From Chlorokybus atmophyticus (Eukaryota; Plantae; Mesostigma and Chlorokybus algae), in the NCBI GenBank assembly GCA_009103225.1, contig RHPI01000277.1, positions 518,074 through 582,073 of the forward strand: DNA of 64,000 nucleotides. The letters run 5' to 3'. The translations under genes and the position numbers were made by a program. The notes beneath the pieces were generated by a model. It worked only from the letters and a program-made list of their open reading frames with translations, was not told where the DNA came from and ran no database searches. This document shows, piece after piece, positions 1 to 13,616 of the stretch (position 1 is the first letter of the stretch; each line of letters starts with the position of its first letter).

Positions 1-875
1 CTGGCCAGGACAATGACAACGACCAGTCAGATTGTGGAGAAGATTGCTTTGATGGCTGTGCCCATGATGGTGGTTGCAACCAGGTGCCATGCCGATGCAG
101 GTTGTTGTTGCAGCGTACTCCAGTGTGCTGTTGTTTGTGTGCTCAAGGCAGTGTACATGTTATAGGATCCGCACGCTGGACCCTTGCGGCACACAAGGAA
201 GTCGAAGGGCAACCGCGAGGCCGTACGCAAGTACCGGGAGCGCAAGAAGGTGCAGCTCAAGCAGCTTGAGGAGGAGGTCGTGCGGCTGCGCAGCCTCAAT
301 GGCGTGCTGATGAGACGTCTGCACTGCCAGGTGTGTGGCAAGGATATCTGCACCATGTGTTGGACACATTATCAGCGGTGTTAGAATTACCCAACCATTG
401 AACCAACATCCCGTGAAGCTTGTTATAACGGGGTCCTCAAGTTGCGTTCCTCATCGTTGTTCAGTGTTTGATGCACCTTGCTCGATAGGTTGCGTTGGAG
501 CAGGAAGTAGTGAAACTACGCTCCGTGATGGCCGACATAAAAACGCGCCTAGACACAGACGCTTTGCCGCCTCCGGTCGTGACGCCAGGCCTTGCAGCGG
601 CCCAGTCCACACATGACGGTCACGCAGCCCACGCGACAGCTGCCGTGCAGCGGCCCGGCGAGTACACTACCTGGCTGGCGGCAGCCTCCGTTCAAGGGGC
701 GACTATGCCAGGCCCCTTCCCACAAGCGGTCCAGGAGTACACCAAGTCCATGCCTCCAAGGCGGCAGCAAGCGCAGGTCTTCACCCAGCCGCAGCAGCAG
801 GTATGCCCTGCGTTGCTGAGCGAGTGTCATGTCACCAATGTGTCTAAAGCAACGCTACGCCACCAGCACTTGTGA
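1..875 (+). CDS. Group-F bZIP transcription factor (bZIP19/23-like), 5'-truncated, multi-exon
   Basis: Exons ~1-83, 166-330 and 489-~800/875 with GT-AG introns. The basic region GNREAVRKYRERKK and the following LEEEVVRLRSLN...LHCQ|VALEQEVVKLRSVMADIKTRL match the F-bZIP signature. The 3' end is uncertain (possible donor at ~801). Confidence 0.85.
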
Positions 876-2654
876 CACTGTAGACCTGACCGCTCTTGCT
901 TGCACAGACCATGCCCAAACGGCCAAGTTGCGCGCTTGGCGGGGATTGTGCAATGAGCGGGGAGAACGGGCAAGCCTGTTGCGGGTCCTGCATGCTGACC
1001 GACAGCATGCCGGGAATGGTTCGTCACTAACTATGCTGCGGTGGCAATGTTGCTTTAGTAGGTATAGTGCTGAGCCCACCTCGGGCTGCGTTGTAGGTAT
1101 GCTTGTTTTCTGCGTGCTTTTAGCATGTGGTATACTCAGCTTTGACGTTAAAGCTAAGTTTGCGTAGTGGTTTGCACCGAAAACTCATAAACCTGTACAA
1201 AATCTTGTGCTCCTGTTAGTAATTGTTGTATGTGACAGTTGCGTCATATCATGTTGAGTTATGGGATCAATACTTGAACATATGGCAGAGACATGTTAAT
1301 CTAGGTACGGCAATCGAAAGGCCCTGTAACATTTTGTATGTCTTTCTAGACGCCCTCATGCTAAGAGCTTGATTACTTGCTCAAGTGTCCTGCATGATTG
1401 TACTTGGGTATGCGCGCACGGCTATACTTGGCAGAAATGCATCCATAGTGTCAACATGTACTTTTGTGGCGCAAGGCAAAGGGTCACGTGTAGGGGTGCA
1501 TTTTGCTTTTCAGCTTTACCATTACACGGCCATTGCCTTCTGCGCGTTTTCAGTTACTATTTTTGTAGCGTTAGTACACATGGTGGGCAGCATGCGCTCC
1601 CCTATCGTATAGGCATGCAACATGCTGTTTTGCACTGCAAACCGCTCCCTATGCAGCAACACTCATAGATTTTAAAAAGCACGTGCAAGGATCCAGGTCA
1701 CGTCCATGCCTAACACACCAACAGCGCACTAAGTCTCACAGGCTACACCGCTCACGACACCGCCGCGAGGACAGCGTCCGCCGTCGGTGGCATCGCCTGC
1801 AACGGGGCCAGCCCGGCACCGCCGCCGCCCACGCTCCAGCCCCTGCGCCCGCTGCAGAGCACACGCCACCCGCTGTCGGTACAGGGCGACGAAGCCGCTT
1901 AAACGGCCCAGGACCAGGCCATGCGTGTAGACCGCTGCCTAGCGCACCCCCCCTATGACACAACCAACACATGAGTACACATGAGCACAGCATGTAGTCA
2001 GCACATGCACCTTGCATTCTGTATACACAAGAGAGCGCAAGACTACTCTCATCATGTATACAGGGTATGCTGCCAGTAGTTGTAGACATGCATGACATCA
2101 CTCACAGCATGTCAAACAGCATGCAAGCACATTGTAACACAACCACCGGGCTACACACACCGTTTGTTCCAACCTCACTACACACTACTAGTCTAGACCT
2201 CCCCGTTAGACATGCATACATGCGTATTAGTAGTGCATTACCTGCCCACACGGGCTCTGCTAGTTGACAACGGCAGCTACAACAGCAGCAAGGATGACGA
2301 CTCCCTCCCGCCTGCTCTCCCTTCCCGCCACCAGCTCAGCTCTGCGCATCAGCTGCTGCTGCATCGTCTCTTGTTACCCTAACCCTCGCAGTGCAGTGCC
2401 AACGTCAGCACTGCACCGCGCAGGGCCTCTACGTGGCAGTTAGGCAGGTGGTCGGTGGGGTTGGGTGGTGGGGTTGATGGTATGCCAGAGCATCCCGTAC
2501 ACACGTACTGGCATACCATCATTTGTACAAGCGTAGGAACTCAGCCCCTGAGCTAGTTGTGCTGCTTGCCTTCTTGTGTTGTTGATAAACGCTGTATGCT
2601 CTGCCTTGCACTGTTTGCTCTGCTACTGGCTGGTTACCTCAATACTATACCCTA

Positions 2655-2695
2655 CGCGTCTGCATGCGGCGGCACTGCCGCGGGATGCAGACGCG
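2655..2695. repeat. Short GC-rich inverted repeat next to a purine (GA/GGGA) tract
   Basis: cgcgtctgcat ... atgcagacgcg arms with an inner gcggc/gccgc pair; GAG/GGGA-rich tract at ~2712-2800. Confidence 0.7.
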
Positions 2696-3152
2696 CCGCC
2701 TGAGGCGTGGGATGAGAGGGGAGTGAGCAGAGAGAGAGACAGAGGGAGGGAGTGAGGGAGGGAGAGGAGGGAGAGGATGAGGAGGGAGGGAGGGAGGGGG
2801 GCAGGGCGGGAGCACATACCGTATACAGGCTGCTGACTGCATGCCGAAGTTGTTGTGAAGGAACGACCAGGACTGACGCTGCTGCTGCAGTACAGGTAAT
2901 TGACTTTACCACTGGCATGCTTGTATGATCGACGGGAAAGGCCAGTGGAGTAGTAGTAGTTTGGGTAGTATAGCTCGGTGATGGATTGTATATCATATTA
3001 TGTTGTATGTGGGTTGTGAATGCCACCGTGTGCATAGTTGTGAACGCCACTGGTTGCATGTAGCATATAAGGCTTACAATCTTTTGACACTCCCCCACTG
3101 TACATGCATGCATCATGTTGTTCAGCATTGCGACTTGCTCCCGAAGACCCCN

Positions 3153-3458
3153 GAACAAGCCACAACGTTGCAATGAGAATGATGGGACACATTCGTGCTG
3201 CAAAACTAGTGCATGAATATGCCAGCGTGAGATGCCACGTACGAGAGCCAGGTAAGACTGTACAGTTGGAAGCATGCAATCGCAAACACAACTTGCTTCT
3301 GGCGTTGCATGCATACAGTACAGCAGCCGCGACCAATGCATACCTGGTGTGAGGGCTGCAGTGGTTTGTCACAACGCTCACCACAAGTGTGTGGTGCAAG
3401 CCATGGGTCACATCTGTCACAACATTATGAAGTTGATTCTCTGCATGCAGCACAGGAT
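3153..3458. repeat. 306-bp same-strand copy of 9204-9509 (NFXL exon plus intron pieces)
   Basis: Appears identical to 9204-9509. It starts right after a single N (3152) and ends in a C-run. Confidence 0.9.
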
Positions 3459-3975
3459 CCCCCCCCCCGCGCCACGCACCCACACACACTGCACCTGTGA
3501 GCAGGTGATTGGATCCACCGATACTAACACATGTACATGCACGTCTAATGAGGCAGGAAGTTAGAGGTAGTGTGGTAGTGGAGAGTATGATGAGTGTGAG
3601 CCCGGTGGTCGTACACTGGCAGTGTATTTTTAAGCTAAGATTGTGACTTGCGAGTCATGTTGCACACGGTCTGCACAGCTATGCATGAGGTAGTATAGGC
3701 TGAATGACAGCACATACCTTTTGTCTACACACTGTCACTATCCATGCAAGCGAGCGCTGCGTCCGTGGGGACTGGGGCCGAGGGCACCCAACTCTTTGTA
3801 TCTAGGTTTGATGACCACGCCATTTTCGTAAGCACGTGGTACACTTATACATAACACTTTCGCTTAGCTTGTGGTCATGTAAGCATGCGATGCGGATTTT
3901 GTGAAACATTGATGCCAAGGCTTGTGTTGCTTCCATAAATTAACATTATGCAATGGGGTATGAAGGTAGCGTTGT

Positions 3976-4055
3976 GCAGTTATGGGTGTCGCCATTGCTA
4001 AATGACATTGTTAAGATTAACAATGTCATTTAGCAATGGCGACACCCGTAACTGC
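3976..4055. repeat. Long near-perfect inverted repeat (hairpin)
   Basis: gggtgtcgccattgctaaatgacattgttaa-ga-ttaacaatgtcatttagcaatggcgacaccc is a perfect 31-bp arm pair, extendable to ~39 bp with one G:U. Confidence 0.9.
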
Positions 4056-5956
4056 CTATAACTATCCATACATAAATGCACAAGTTGAATTAATCTTAAG
4101 TAGTGAGTGTTATTTGGTCTGACCGAGGTGATGAATATTCCAACCAATGCATGTGGTCAGAATCTACACAATGAGCAACAAGTTTAGCTACATGATAATG
4201 AATGGCACTAAACACGCCTAAAGCGCTTTGCAACAACTTCATTGCGGTTGGGATTTACCATTTCTCGCAAATAATTGATCTAGCTTTACACCGCAGCTAG
4301 CGCTAAAGACGCATTGCAGCCTGATATATTATAACTTGACCCAATTCCGCATGTCGGATATGCGAAAATTGTATGGCGTCCTTACTTATGACGCACATCA
4401 ACAATGTGGGCTAAAGAACATGTTTTGATTCACATTACCATTTCGTTATATCAATGCATGTGGATCGCAATACTGAGAGCAAGATTGGTTGTGTGATTAC
4501 ATGTGGATTGCAATCCAATGCACATATGCTATGCATGAATGGTAGATACTACGCGCTTGTCGAGTCCATCTATCGCAGCTATGATAACAAGTTGTGGGTT
4601 TACCGCAATAAAATCATTTTAGATTGTGATTGCGATGGATTGGGGTGATGTTGACCATATCAAGTACAGAGTGATGTTTACCATACAATGTGCACATACA
4701 GTAGCGACGTGCTGAATTGTATGAAGCTCATCGTGCCCATATAATACATAATCTTCGGCGGTATGTTAACCAAACGTCCAGCCACGCTATGCACTTGGAT
4801 TGCGTTTGTGGCTATGGTTTACCAGGTAAGCACACATGCTTGTTGCATACATCACTTGCATTTTATATATACACAATGTGGCAGTGGTGGATAGGTGGGT
4901 GCTTAACCGGGAGCACCTTGCATGCGTAATGTACGGGAGTTTGGAGCCCGCCCTGTTGGCATGCATGGCAGTGCTGAAGATTGGAGACAAAAAAGTTGCA
5001 GTACATAAGGAGCAGCATCGTCTGCCCGTTTTATTGAAGTAGGCGCACACAGCCACGACATGCACTGCCGCAGAGGGAGTTTCCGTGCCTGCCGTACATG
5101 CATGCGTGCGTATACTGACAAAACCCAAATAAGCGGCACTTGACGAGACGGCAGTGGGCTGGCGGAGGTGGCGGCGGGGGTGTGGGTGAAGCAGGAGGGG
5201 GAGTCCGTTGGGTCCTGCTGCTGGTGTGGTCGCTGTTACTGCAACAAGCCCGCTAACCAAGATGCATGTGCAGGTGATGGCGCGTGATGACGCGCCTGCA
5301 TGTCTTACGGGGTTGGGCTTGTAGTGAAGTTAGGTGGGTAGTGAGTAGGTTAAACGCCCGGTGGTGAATGTAAGTGCTGAGTGCTGTGTGGCTTGCGTTG
5401 CATGCATCACACTCTCATGCATACCACAATCCTTGCAGCCTATGTTATACATGGCGTGCTTGTATCTACTCTATGTCGTGCTATGCACAAACTCACAATG
5501 CAGGTGTCCCCAACCAATATGCATGACCAATTTACTAGTATGCATGACCAATTTACTAGTTGCCGTCAAAGAAAAGAAAGAGAGTGCCTTGGCAGTGTTA
5601 GGAGGAAGGCGACCTTGCATTGTAGTGTCCGAAACCGAAAAGTGTTCATAACCTTTGGCTGAGCAACCATATATCTAACCCTTTGCAAGTTTGAGTGTCA
5701 ATCCCAGTCCTGATTGCAGTACACCAACGTTATGTGACCAGCGTCAGGTGACCTGTAACCACCGGTATGTGCTGCACAGAAAATGACATTTTATATTGCC
5801 CTGTGCGATGCCCAGCATGGCCTCTTTCACATGGCCTGCTTAGAGCAACAACCGTGTTGCGTTGCTGCTGTGTCTACAGGCAAGCCACTAAACTTCGGCG
5901 CGGGGACACTCGCCTGCTCATGACAGCGAACACATTGCTGTGCATTTAGACCAATG

Positions 5957-8900
5957 TCATGATGGCGGTCGTATCCGCTGTCGCAACTGCCGCCGTTGAA
6001 CCTCCCGTGCGTCCAGCACCAGCGACAGACTGTACACCGCTTTCCACAGCATCCACAGAACAGCTGCGATGATGAACAGAACAGCGAGTATAGTAGTATA
6101 TCTCCAGATAGTATTCAAGAAGGTCGCAGATGGAGCTTGCGCCGATTGGACTTTGCGCTCAGCTCTTCGCCTCCCGCTCTTACGCGGCTGGCTAATGAGA
6201 GGTGCATTGCTTTCCATGTTCTCTGCATTGACTTGCGTATCATTCGCAGCCTGCATGAGAGAAGAAGTCAAGTAACGGGAGTCAACACAACCTTCCCATC
6301 CAGCGGCTACCATAACATGGTTCACAATCTCTTCTACCTGCTTGTTGATGGTCCGCTGCGACAAACCCAATGTGTGGCACTCGTCATTGCACATGAGCAA
6401 ATTGTACTCTGAGCCTTTTGGCGCAATTGCTGCGTCAACTTGCATCCTGGCCTGCATTGCCTGTTGAGGGTCAGATTACCGTCACTTGCATGAAGATACA
6501 CTCAATTGAGCTCATAATGCATGTGTACCTGTACTTGACAGCAAACCCATTCTTGTTTCAAGCGACGGCACGGACAACGCACAGTCACTGTCTTCTTGCA
6601 ACCCCTGCCGTTGGGGCACTCTCCCGAGTGACAAGGAGCAGGACAGAGATGCGCACAAAACGGCAGCTTCCTGATATGTGTTGGGTCATACATTCAAGTT
6701 GGGTTATGCACTTCAGCATACATGAGATCCACCAGCTCAAGAACTACGTCAACAACAACTGCATGCGCATATGCATGTTAAGCTTTTGCGCATGTAGCGT
6801 GTTTGTACCTGTGGCATGTGTGGCCGCACGATAGCATGCGCTCGAGCTCATTCGTGCCCTCTGCAGCAGCGAGACGAGCGCATTCAAACACAAGGGAAGT
6901 TCCAGCAGTGGGCCCACAATGGCACCATCGCTTGACAGGAGAAGTGCATGGCACGCAGTCGCCTGGATGGCAAAGGGATGGGCACGGATGCGGACATGGT
7001 GGACTGCGTGGCTGTCACACAAGCAACGCCGTTGTGGTCATATTTGCAAGCATCAATTGATTGCATCAATGCATGGACCACTGCAGATGCCAACAACGCA
7101 CTGCACCTTTGCACATAATCTCTCACAGTTTTCGCACGGTCTCCTCTGCCGGCCTCCATCACATTCAACAGAGCTGGCTTGCCTCATGGTGTTAACGTCG
7201 TTAACAACATGGCACGGAACTGAGCATGTGTGGTTTCCACATAGCAGCGCACACCCGCACGCGCGATCGCATGCAAAGTCGCCATCTAAACTGCACGGGA
7301 TCTGCGTGCACACATACATCATGAGCGTGCATGGTTGACGTGTGAGCAGACCGCGTAATGCAATGAACTCATTGCAGCGCATTAACCACAAGTCTGACCT
7401 GTCGCGCCTCATGGTGACCGCGACACCAGCGCTCAACAGGAACTGTGCATGGTGGGCATGGTGTTGGGACAGGAGCCGGGGTAGGTTTGGCTTTGCGCTT
7501 GCGTGACGGCGCCTGTCATAGATATAAGTTGTGCTTACGACACTCTGTCACAGATACACAAGTCCCTCGCATAAGCATTGCGAGTCAAGCGCTCACTTGC
7601 ACCGCAGTTGAAGGTGGATCTGGAGCGCACGCGGGTCCGCCGGCATGGCAGCGCACGGGGCAGGAATGGCCGCAGGGGAGCTCATTGTCGCATGATTGTT
7701 CACAAGACGGGCATGTGCCGTAGTGGCAGCGGTGAGGTGGCGGCGGGTGCCGGCAAGATGATGGTATGGCACACCGGCGCGAGCAACGGGGTGGCTGTGC
7801 TGAATGCAAATTACCCGATTACAAGGTGCATGAATAGAAAATGAGAGACAGACAGATACAAGTAGCTCCTTGCCTGCACACGGCTGCGGGCTCCACAGGG
7901 AACGGTAACTCTCTTGGCACCGCACGCACACAGTAGCGTTACTGTGACAGGACAAGGCAGACACGGACCGCTGTGGCAAGTTGCAGCACACCTGTAGGGA
8001 ATACAAGCAAGTCTGCTACACATAGAACATGACGGCATGTGGACGCATATGCAGACATGCTTTGGCATGCACACTTGTGATTGCCGCACAGCAGCTTCCG
8101 GCCACAAATTTCCGTGCACAGCGGGCACTCGCCATCGCAGCATCTGCGCTTGCATGCATGGCGGCCGCATGTGCGCACAAGCTGGCACTTCCGCTGGCAG
8201 GCAACAGTTTCATAGCAAGGCACCTGCAGAGAAGCTTGTGGTGAGCATGAGAATACCCAGCATATTGTGGATGCTGTCATAGTAAACCCTGTAGCAGTGA
8301 ACAGAAGCAAGGCGCACCTCACGCCGCGTCATGCCACACCCTTGACATGTCTTCACAGCCATCTCCAGGCAGTTTGACATGCAAGGACCGCGGTGGCAGC
8401 GATCAGAACATGTGTGCGTGCCGCACTTCAGCGGTCGGGCGCATGTCAAACCACATGTGGGTGTTGAAGCGTCACAAGGCAGCTCGTTGTAGACTTGCTT
8501 GCCGCAGGGACATGTGCGCGGCCCAGCGTAAGGACAATCCCCACAAGGGCCTGCGGCACATACACAACATGCACCATGCTCTCAGAGCTGCAATGGCATG
8601 ACACGTTGCATACTCAACCACTGGAGTTGAGCACTGGTGGCATTGTCAACGTGTAGACAATGACACTTTCAAAACATGCCTGAATGGCAGCCTCGCTCGC
8701 ATTTGTGCCGCCTGCAAGGCAGCACTCGATTGCAGTCTTTTGCACACACGAATGTGCGATCAGCACACTTGCGTGTCTCAATCTCACTACCGCAGGCGCA
8801 GGCGTATTGACCAAGTTTGCCACAAGGCAGACATTCGCCTGCAAGGACAACATTGCAAATCCGCAACTGACTGCCAACACCTTAAGTTGAGGCTATGCAG

Positions 8901-10802
8901 CTTACTGCTGTGGCACGGGTGATTGCAAGTGTGTAGCCCACACGCAAGCCGCTTGTTGCATGTCTTAGCACAGCTCCAGCCATACGACTGCCCACAACGC
9001 ACAACCCTACTCTGCAGCAAGAATGAAGCTTTGATTTGTCACCATCATGTGACCAGCGCCATGGCAGCCATTGCTGTGTACCTCAGCGCCACAGTGGCAG
9101 CGCAGCTGTTTCAGCTGAGGGCATGGTGGGCATGGTCCCGGATGACAAAGGAGAACACAGCGGTGATTGCCAGCACACTGTGCGGGCACGTCTGCGTCCT
9201 GTTGAACAAGCCACAACGTTGCAATGAGAATGATGGGACACATTCGTGCTGCAAAACTAGTGCATGAATATGCCAGCGTGAGATGCCACGTACGAGAGCC
9301 AGGTAAGACTGTACAGTTGGAAGCATGCAATCGCAAACACAACTTGCTTCTGGCGTTGCATGCATACAGTACAGCAGCCGCGACCAATGCATACCTGGTG
9401 TGAGGGCTGCAGTGGTTTGTCACAACGCTCACCACAAGTGTGTGGTGCAAGCCATGGGTCACATCTGTCACAACATTATGAAGTTGATTCTCTGCATGCA
9501 GCACAGGATGCATACCAATGCTTGACATAGTTGACACACCTGTGTGCCAGGTTACGCACCTGGGATCACGCTCCTTGCCACAAAAACAGTAGTACGCGCT
9601 TGGTGTCTCCAACGTCTTGTACTCTGCGCGACACTACAAAGACAACCATGGTAAGGCAGTTGCTTCTCAGCGTGTGTTTGCGTGGTCTCAGGTCAAGAGT
9701 TTCTTGACACAGACAACGCACACCAACAGTCACCTTAGGGCAGTTCCAGCAGGCTGTCCTGGCTGCATCAGCTGCTGCAGTTGGAAACAGGTGTGGTGTG
9801 AGGTTGGCTACGGACCGAGCCGCAGCAGCAGAGACAGCCTGTGAGCGCCCAGGTTAGTAAACAAGTTATGAACCAATCACCGACTCAATGAAGCACACAG
9901 TACCTGCCGGGCCCATGACTGGATGCATATCAGATGAAACAGTGTGCTGCAGCCTTTGATACACTGCCACACAGGATCCGCACGCCCAACCTGTGAAGCA
10001 ATGGATCACTACACGCACAACATCACGCGACAACTGTGCGAGCACCTTCTCGAGACATATGAGGCAGACAGCGGCGCGGCCTCGGCTGCTAAGAAGGTGA
10101 TGCTGAACCTTGAGCAGCGAGGCTGATGCAAAAGCTGCCTCCTCCTGCTGCAGTTGCCAAGATTGCAAGAGTTTGCACGGTCATGTTTATATATACGGGA
10201 GCTGCGTTTCTTGTTGTCTCTCTCCATATTACCAAGGCACAGGTTGCAAAGCTCTCACAAGGCCTGATGTATGCAAGCTTACCTGGACCAGCTCAGCGAC
10301 ATCTTGAACCTGCAGTCGCGCCTGGCCCAAGTATTGCTCAAATATGCTGCGCTCGACAGCGTCCTGCTCGTCGTCGCTGCAACTGCTGTTGTCGCTGTCG
10401 CTGTCGCTCAACTCCTGCAACTGCCCAGTCGCAATGCTTCAGACAATGTCACTGTCACACATAGCTCAAAACACCTGAAGCACTGAATTTACAAACAAGC
10501 TGACAAGTAGCATGGACACCACGTTCATGTGCTCTGCTGGACAGCGTGGCACAACGTGTGTGCTACACTGTCAAGCTACAAGCTGAGTCCAGGCTAAGGG
10601 CTTCAACATGCGACAACTGGAACGCAGCAAGCTTGGTCCTGACAGTCAAACAAGCGTAATGTGTTTGGGATGTGTTTGGGCTTCGAAGAAGCATGTAAAG
10701 CTACCCTGCATTGTGCATGGCGCTTACCGGTGGTGCAGGCAGCTGTGCAGGCAAGCGCTTGGGCCCCCATGCGCCGGCCGCATGCGCCACTGGGAGAGGC
10801 AT
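5957..10802 (-). CDS. NF-X1-type zinc-finger protein, NFXL2/NFXL1-like, multi-exon
   Basis: N-terminal SDSDSD...SIFEQY, RING-like VCLICLEK, many NF-X1 fingers (CGLHTCNHPCH, LPCRRHKCERGCHSG, LKCGTHTCSDRCHRGPC, LPCGHSCPVRCH) and a C-terminal hydrophobic segment (TTILAVLFIIAAVLWMLW). The start codon (10802) is tentative. Confidence 0.9.
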
Positions 10803-11216
10803 TTGTCCACGCACGATGACTGATCAGAAACTTCTGTCACATGCTTTAAGCCGCCCTCACCCCACCCATCTCCCTCCGCACACCGCCGCCGACCACATCG
10901 CCAGCAACAACCAGCTGCTGAGCACAGCAAACAGTGACTGAACCACACTGAACCACACTGAAGTGGGAATCGAACCAAGCTGAACTGAACTAATAGAAGT
11001 GATCCATAACGTTGTGTTTGTTCACTGATCCCAAACCTGTGTGATTAGGGTTTGCGGCGGCGGAGGCGGTGAAGGTGGCGGCGGAGGACGTGCGGAGGAC
11101 AGCAGAGACCAGAAGGTTGAGGGTGTGGTCGTTGAGGGCGAGAGAGAGTGGAGTGCGGATAGGAGCGGGCATTTTCTGGGCATTTTCTGGGAGCTGAGGG
11201 GCTGTGAGTTGCAGCC
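10803..11216. promoter_or_regulatory. Short head-to-head NFXL/IF3 region (probable bidirectional promoter) with telo-box
   Basis: Divergent starts ~415 bp apart. TAGGGTTT at 11046-11053 is followed by a GGC-rich leader. Confidence 0.5.
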
Positions 11217-13355
11217 ATGGCTGCTGCTTTAGCGAATTTTGCAGCGGCATCAGCGCTGCTGACGCCTTCAGCGCTGCCGTCGCCAACGGCCGCATGCAAA
11301 GCTCGCTCGCTAGGGATTTCCGCCTCCCCGTCCTTCAGAACCGCCAAGAAAGCCCAGCCGCCCTCGAGAGCACCCCTGCGCGTGGTTGCCGCTGTGCCAC
11401 GCCGCCCGCCCGTCCGACGAGTTGTGGTACGTGCGTAACACATGCTCATGCATATTGGCTGTTACTGTGCATGGCTGTCAGAAAGAAGTGAACCGGAAAT
11501 TGATAACAGACGGATGGCCCGGGACCATGCATACAACCATTTAGACACAAGTTGGTCACGTAAAGAATTCAGTGCCGAATCGTGTCCTGAGCTGGTTGAG
11601 CTGCCGTTTGCTTGTGTGGCTTGTTTGTGCAGTTTTGATTATGTTTTTCCAATACTGACTGCATGTTATGCAGTCAGTAGTAAAAACCAGATAGGTTTAT
11701 TTTTGACTGCTGAACGTTGCAACCATGATGTGGGGCAGAAAACTGTGCAAGAAGAGAAGGAGGCGGCGGCGAGGGCAAAAGCTAGGGATGGACCATCGGT
11801 CAACGAGGAGATCACGTACGCAGTGTTTCATTGTGCTTGCGCTGTAATCTCTATAATCAGCTGCCTTCATGCAGATTTGGCAAGCGAAATCAAGTTTACA
11901 TGCATGTCTTGTTGTTGTTGTTGAAGTATCCCAAAGCATTAGGTCTATGTGCAGTTGAGGGTCTGATCTCCTGTTGTCGCAGGGCTGCAACGCTCCGCGT
12001 TCTGGATAACGAGAAGAACATGGTGAGTAGCAGCTGTTCGGTTTAGAGGATTATCGCCATGACTAACTTGCAACGACTGGCTATTGTGGATGTACGTCAT
12101 TCTGTCTCACTTTGCCTACGCTATTGCACAGCTGGGTGTTTTTTCAAGGAGAGAAGCGTTGACTATGGCGGAGGAGCAAGAGCTGGATTTGGTAAGGTTA
12201 TTGCCTGTTGCGAGCAGTCATACAATTCGCTTACATCGCCATGGTTTGCGCTTTCACGCCTCTCGTGTTTGTTTTCTTACCTTGTGTAGTGCTGTGTATT
12301 CATTAAATCGTTCTGTCATAAAGGCGCCATGTGGCGAATGGTTGCAGTGAGGGAATAGGGCTGCCAGTTGGCAAGTGCAGTAGTAAGGTGTATTGGCATT
12401 TTGAACAGTTTCAAGTTGTCGCATGCTACTTGACATGCATGGCGTTCTTCACCAAGCACACTTACCGAAGGCAGATATGCCCTTTCTAGGGTGCTGACCC
12501 TGTTCTCCCAACAGTGTGCTAGATCAACTAGGGTGTATCTACTTTACCCTTTTGTGCAACTTTTGTGCCATCTGGGTTTTCTCAGGCGCCCACAGACTTA
12601 ACGACATCAACTTATTAGTAGTGCATGCTGAACATTGGTATTTGCAGGTCATGATATCACCAGAGGCTGACCCGCCTGTGACGCGCATAATGGATTACAG
12701 GTAGCTGGCATCTTGTTGGCTATGTGGGGACTAGCGCTTTTTGACGCTGCGGTGGTTGGCAACTACAATGCCACTGCTAACTTGAGCTGCTTGTACACAG
12801 CAAGTACAAGTATGAGCAGGAGAAAAAGAAGCGCGAAGAGCGTAAGAAAGCTGCAGGTAGGAGTGATGTACCAAGAATGATGTTGGAAAAACTTAATTGC
12901 TGAGGGTTGCTATGTGCGTGGCAGTGTTGACTCAATGGTTTTGTGTGACACAGCAAACAGGGTGGAAATCAAGGAGCTGAAGATGCGGTACAACATTGAC
13001 GTGCACGACTACCAAGTGAGGCTACGCGCAGCGCAGCGGTTCCTCGCAGATGGCGACAAAGTCAAGGTGACAGCGCAGTTTCGAGGGCGGGAAGTCGCTC
13101 AGCAGTTCCGAGAACTTGCACAGGAGTTGTTTGAGCGGCTCGCAAATGACTTGAGTGAGGTGAGTATCAGTGTGTTTACATGTTGTTCTGTGCTTGAATG
13201 ATGCAACTTTGCTGATGTGTGTTTGTGTCTATCTGTCGCAGACTGCTGTGATGGAAGGCCAGATATCGTTTGAGGGTCGCAACATGCAGATGACGTTAGC
13301 TCCCAACAAGGCCGCGCTTGCGAAGCCACGGTCAAATGAACCTGTTTCAAATTAG
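11217..13355 (+). CDS. infC: Plastid translation initiation factor IF3, multi-exon
   Basis: Ala/Ser/Arg-rich transit-peptide-like exon 1. Spliced IF3 motifs: NEEI, LRVLD, EALTMAEEQELDL, ISPEADPPVTRIMDYSKYKYEQEKK, KELKMRYNIDVHDYQVRL...GDKVKV...FRGRE, EGRNMQMTLAP. Confidence 0.93.
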
Positions 13356-13616
13356 AATATTAGCTAGCTTAAGCAAACAACGTTAGCAACTGGCTGCTAG
13401 TACGTGTATCACGTATGTTGACCCAGGAAAGTTCAGTTGCCCCCATCTAGCAGGCAAGAGTGTGTGATTGCCAGTTTGGTATGCTGATGGCGCAGATTAT
13501 TGTGGCTGCGCAGCAAATCGTTACACAACTTGTTGTGGTTGTTCTCTCTGTCTTGTATGAACTGCCTATTTAGGTTGAAAATTAGTACAGCACGCTGCCT
13601 ACCTAGGCTAATCATA

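Noticed and set aside
1683-1958. GC-rich ORF-like segment as a separate gene or alternative bZIP last exon
   Set aside because: No recognisable domain in any frame and no confident splice path.
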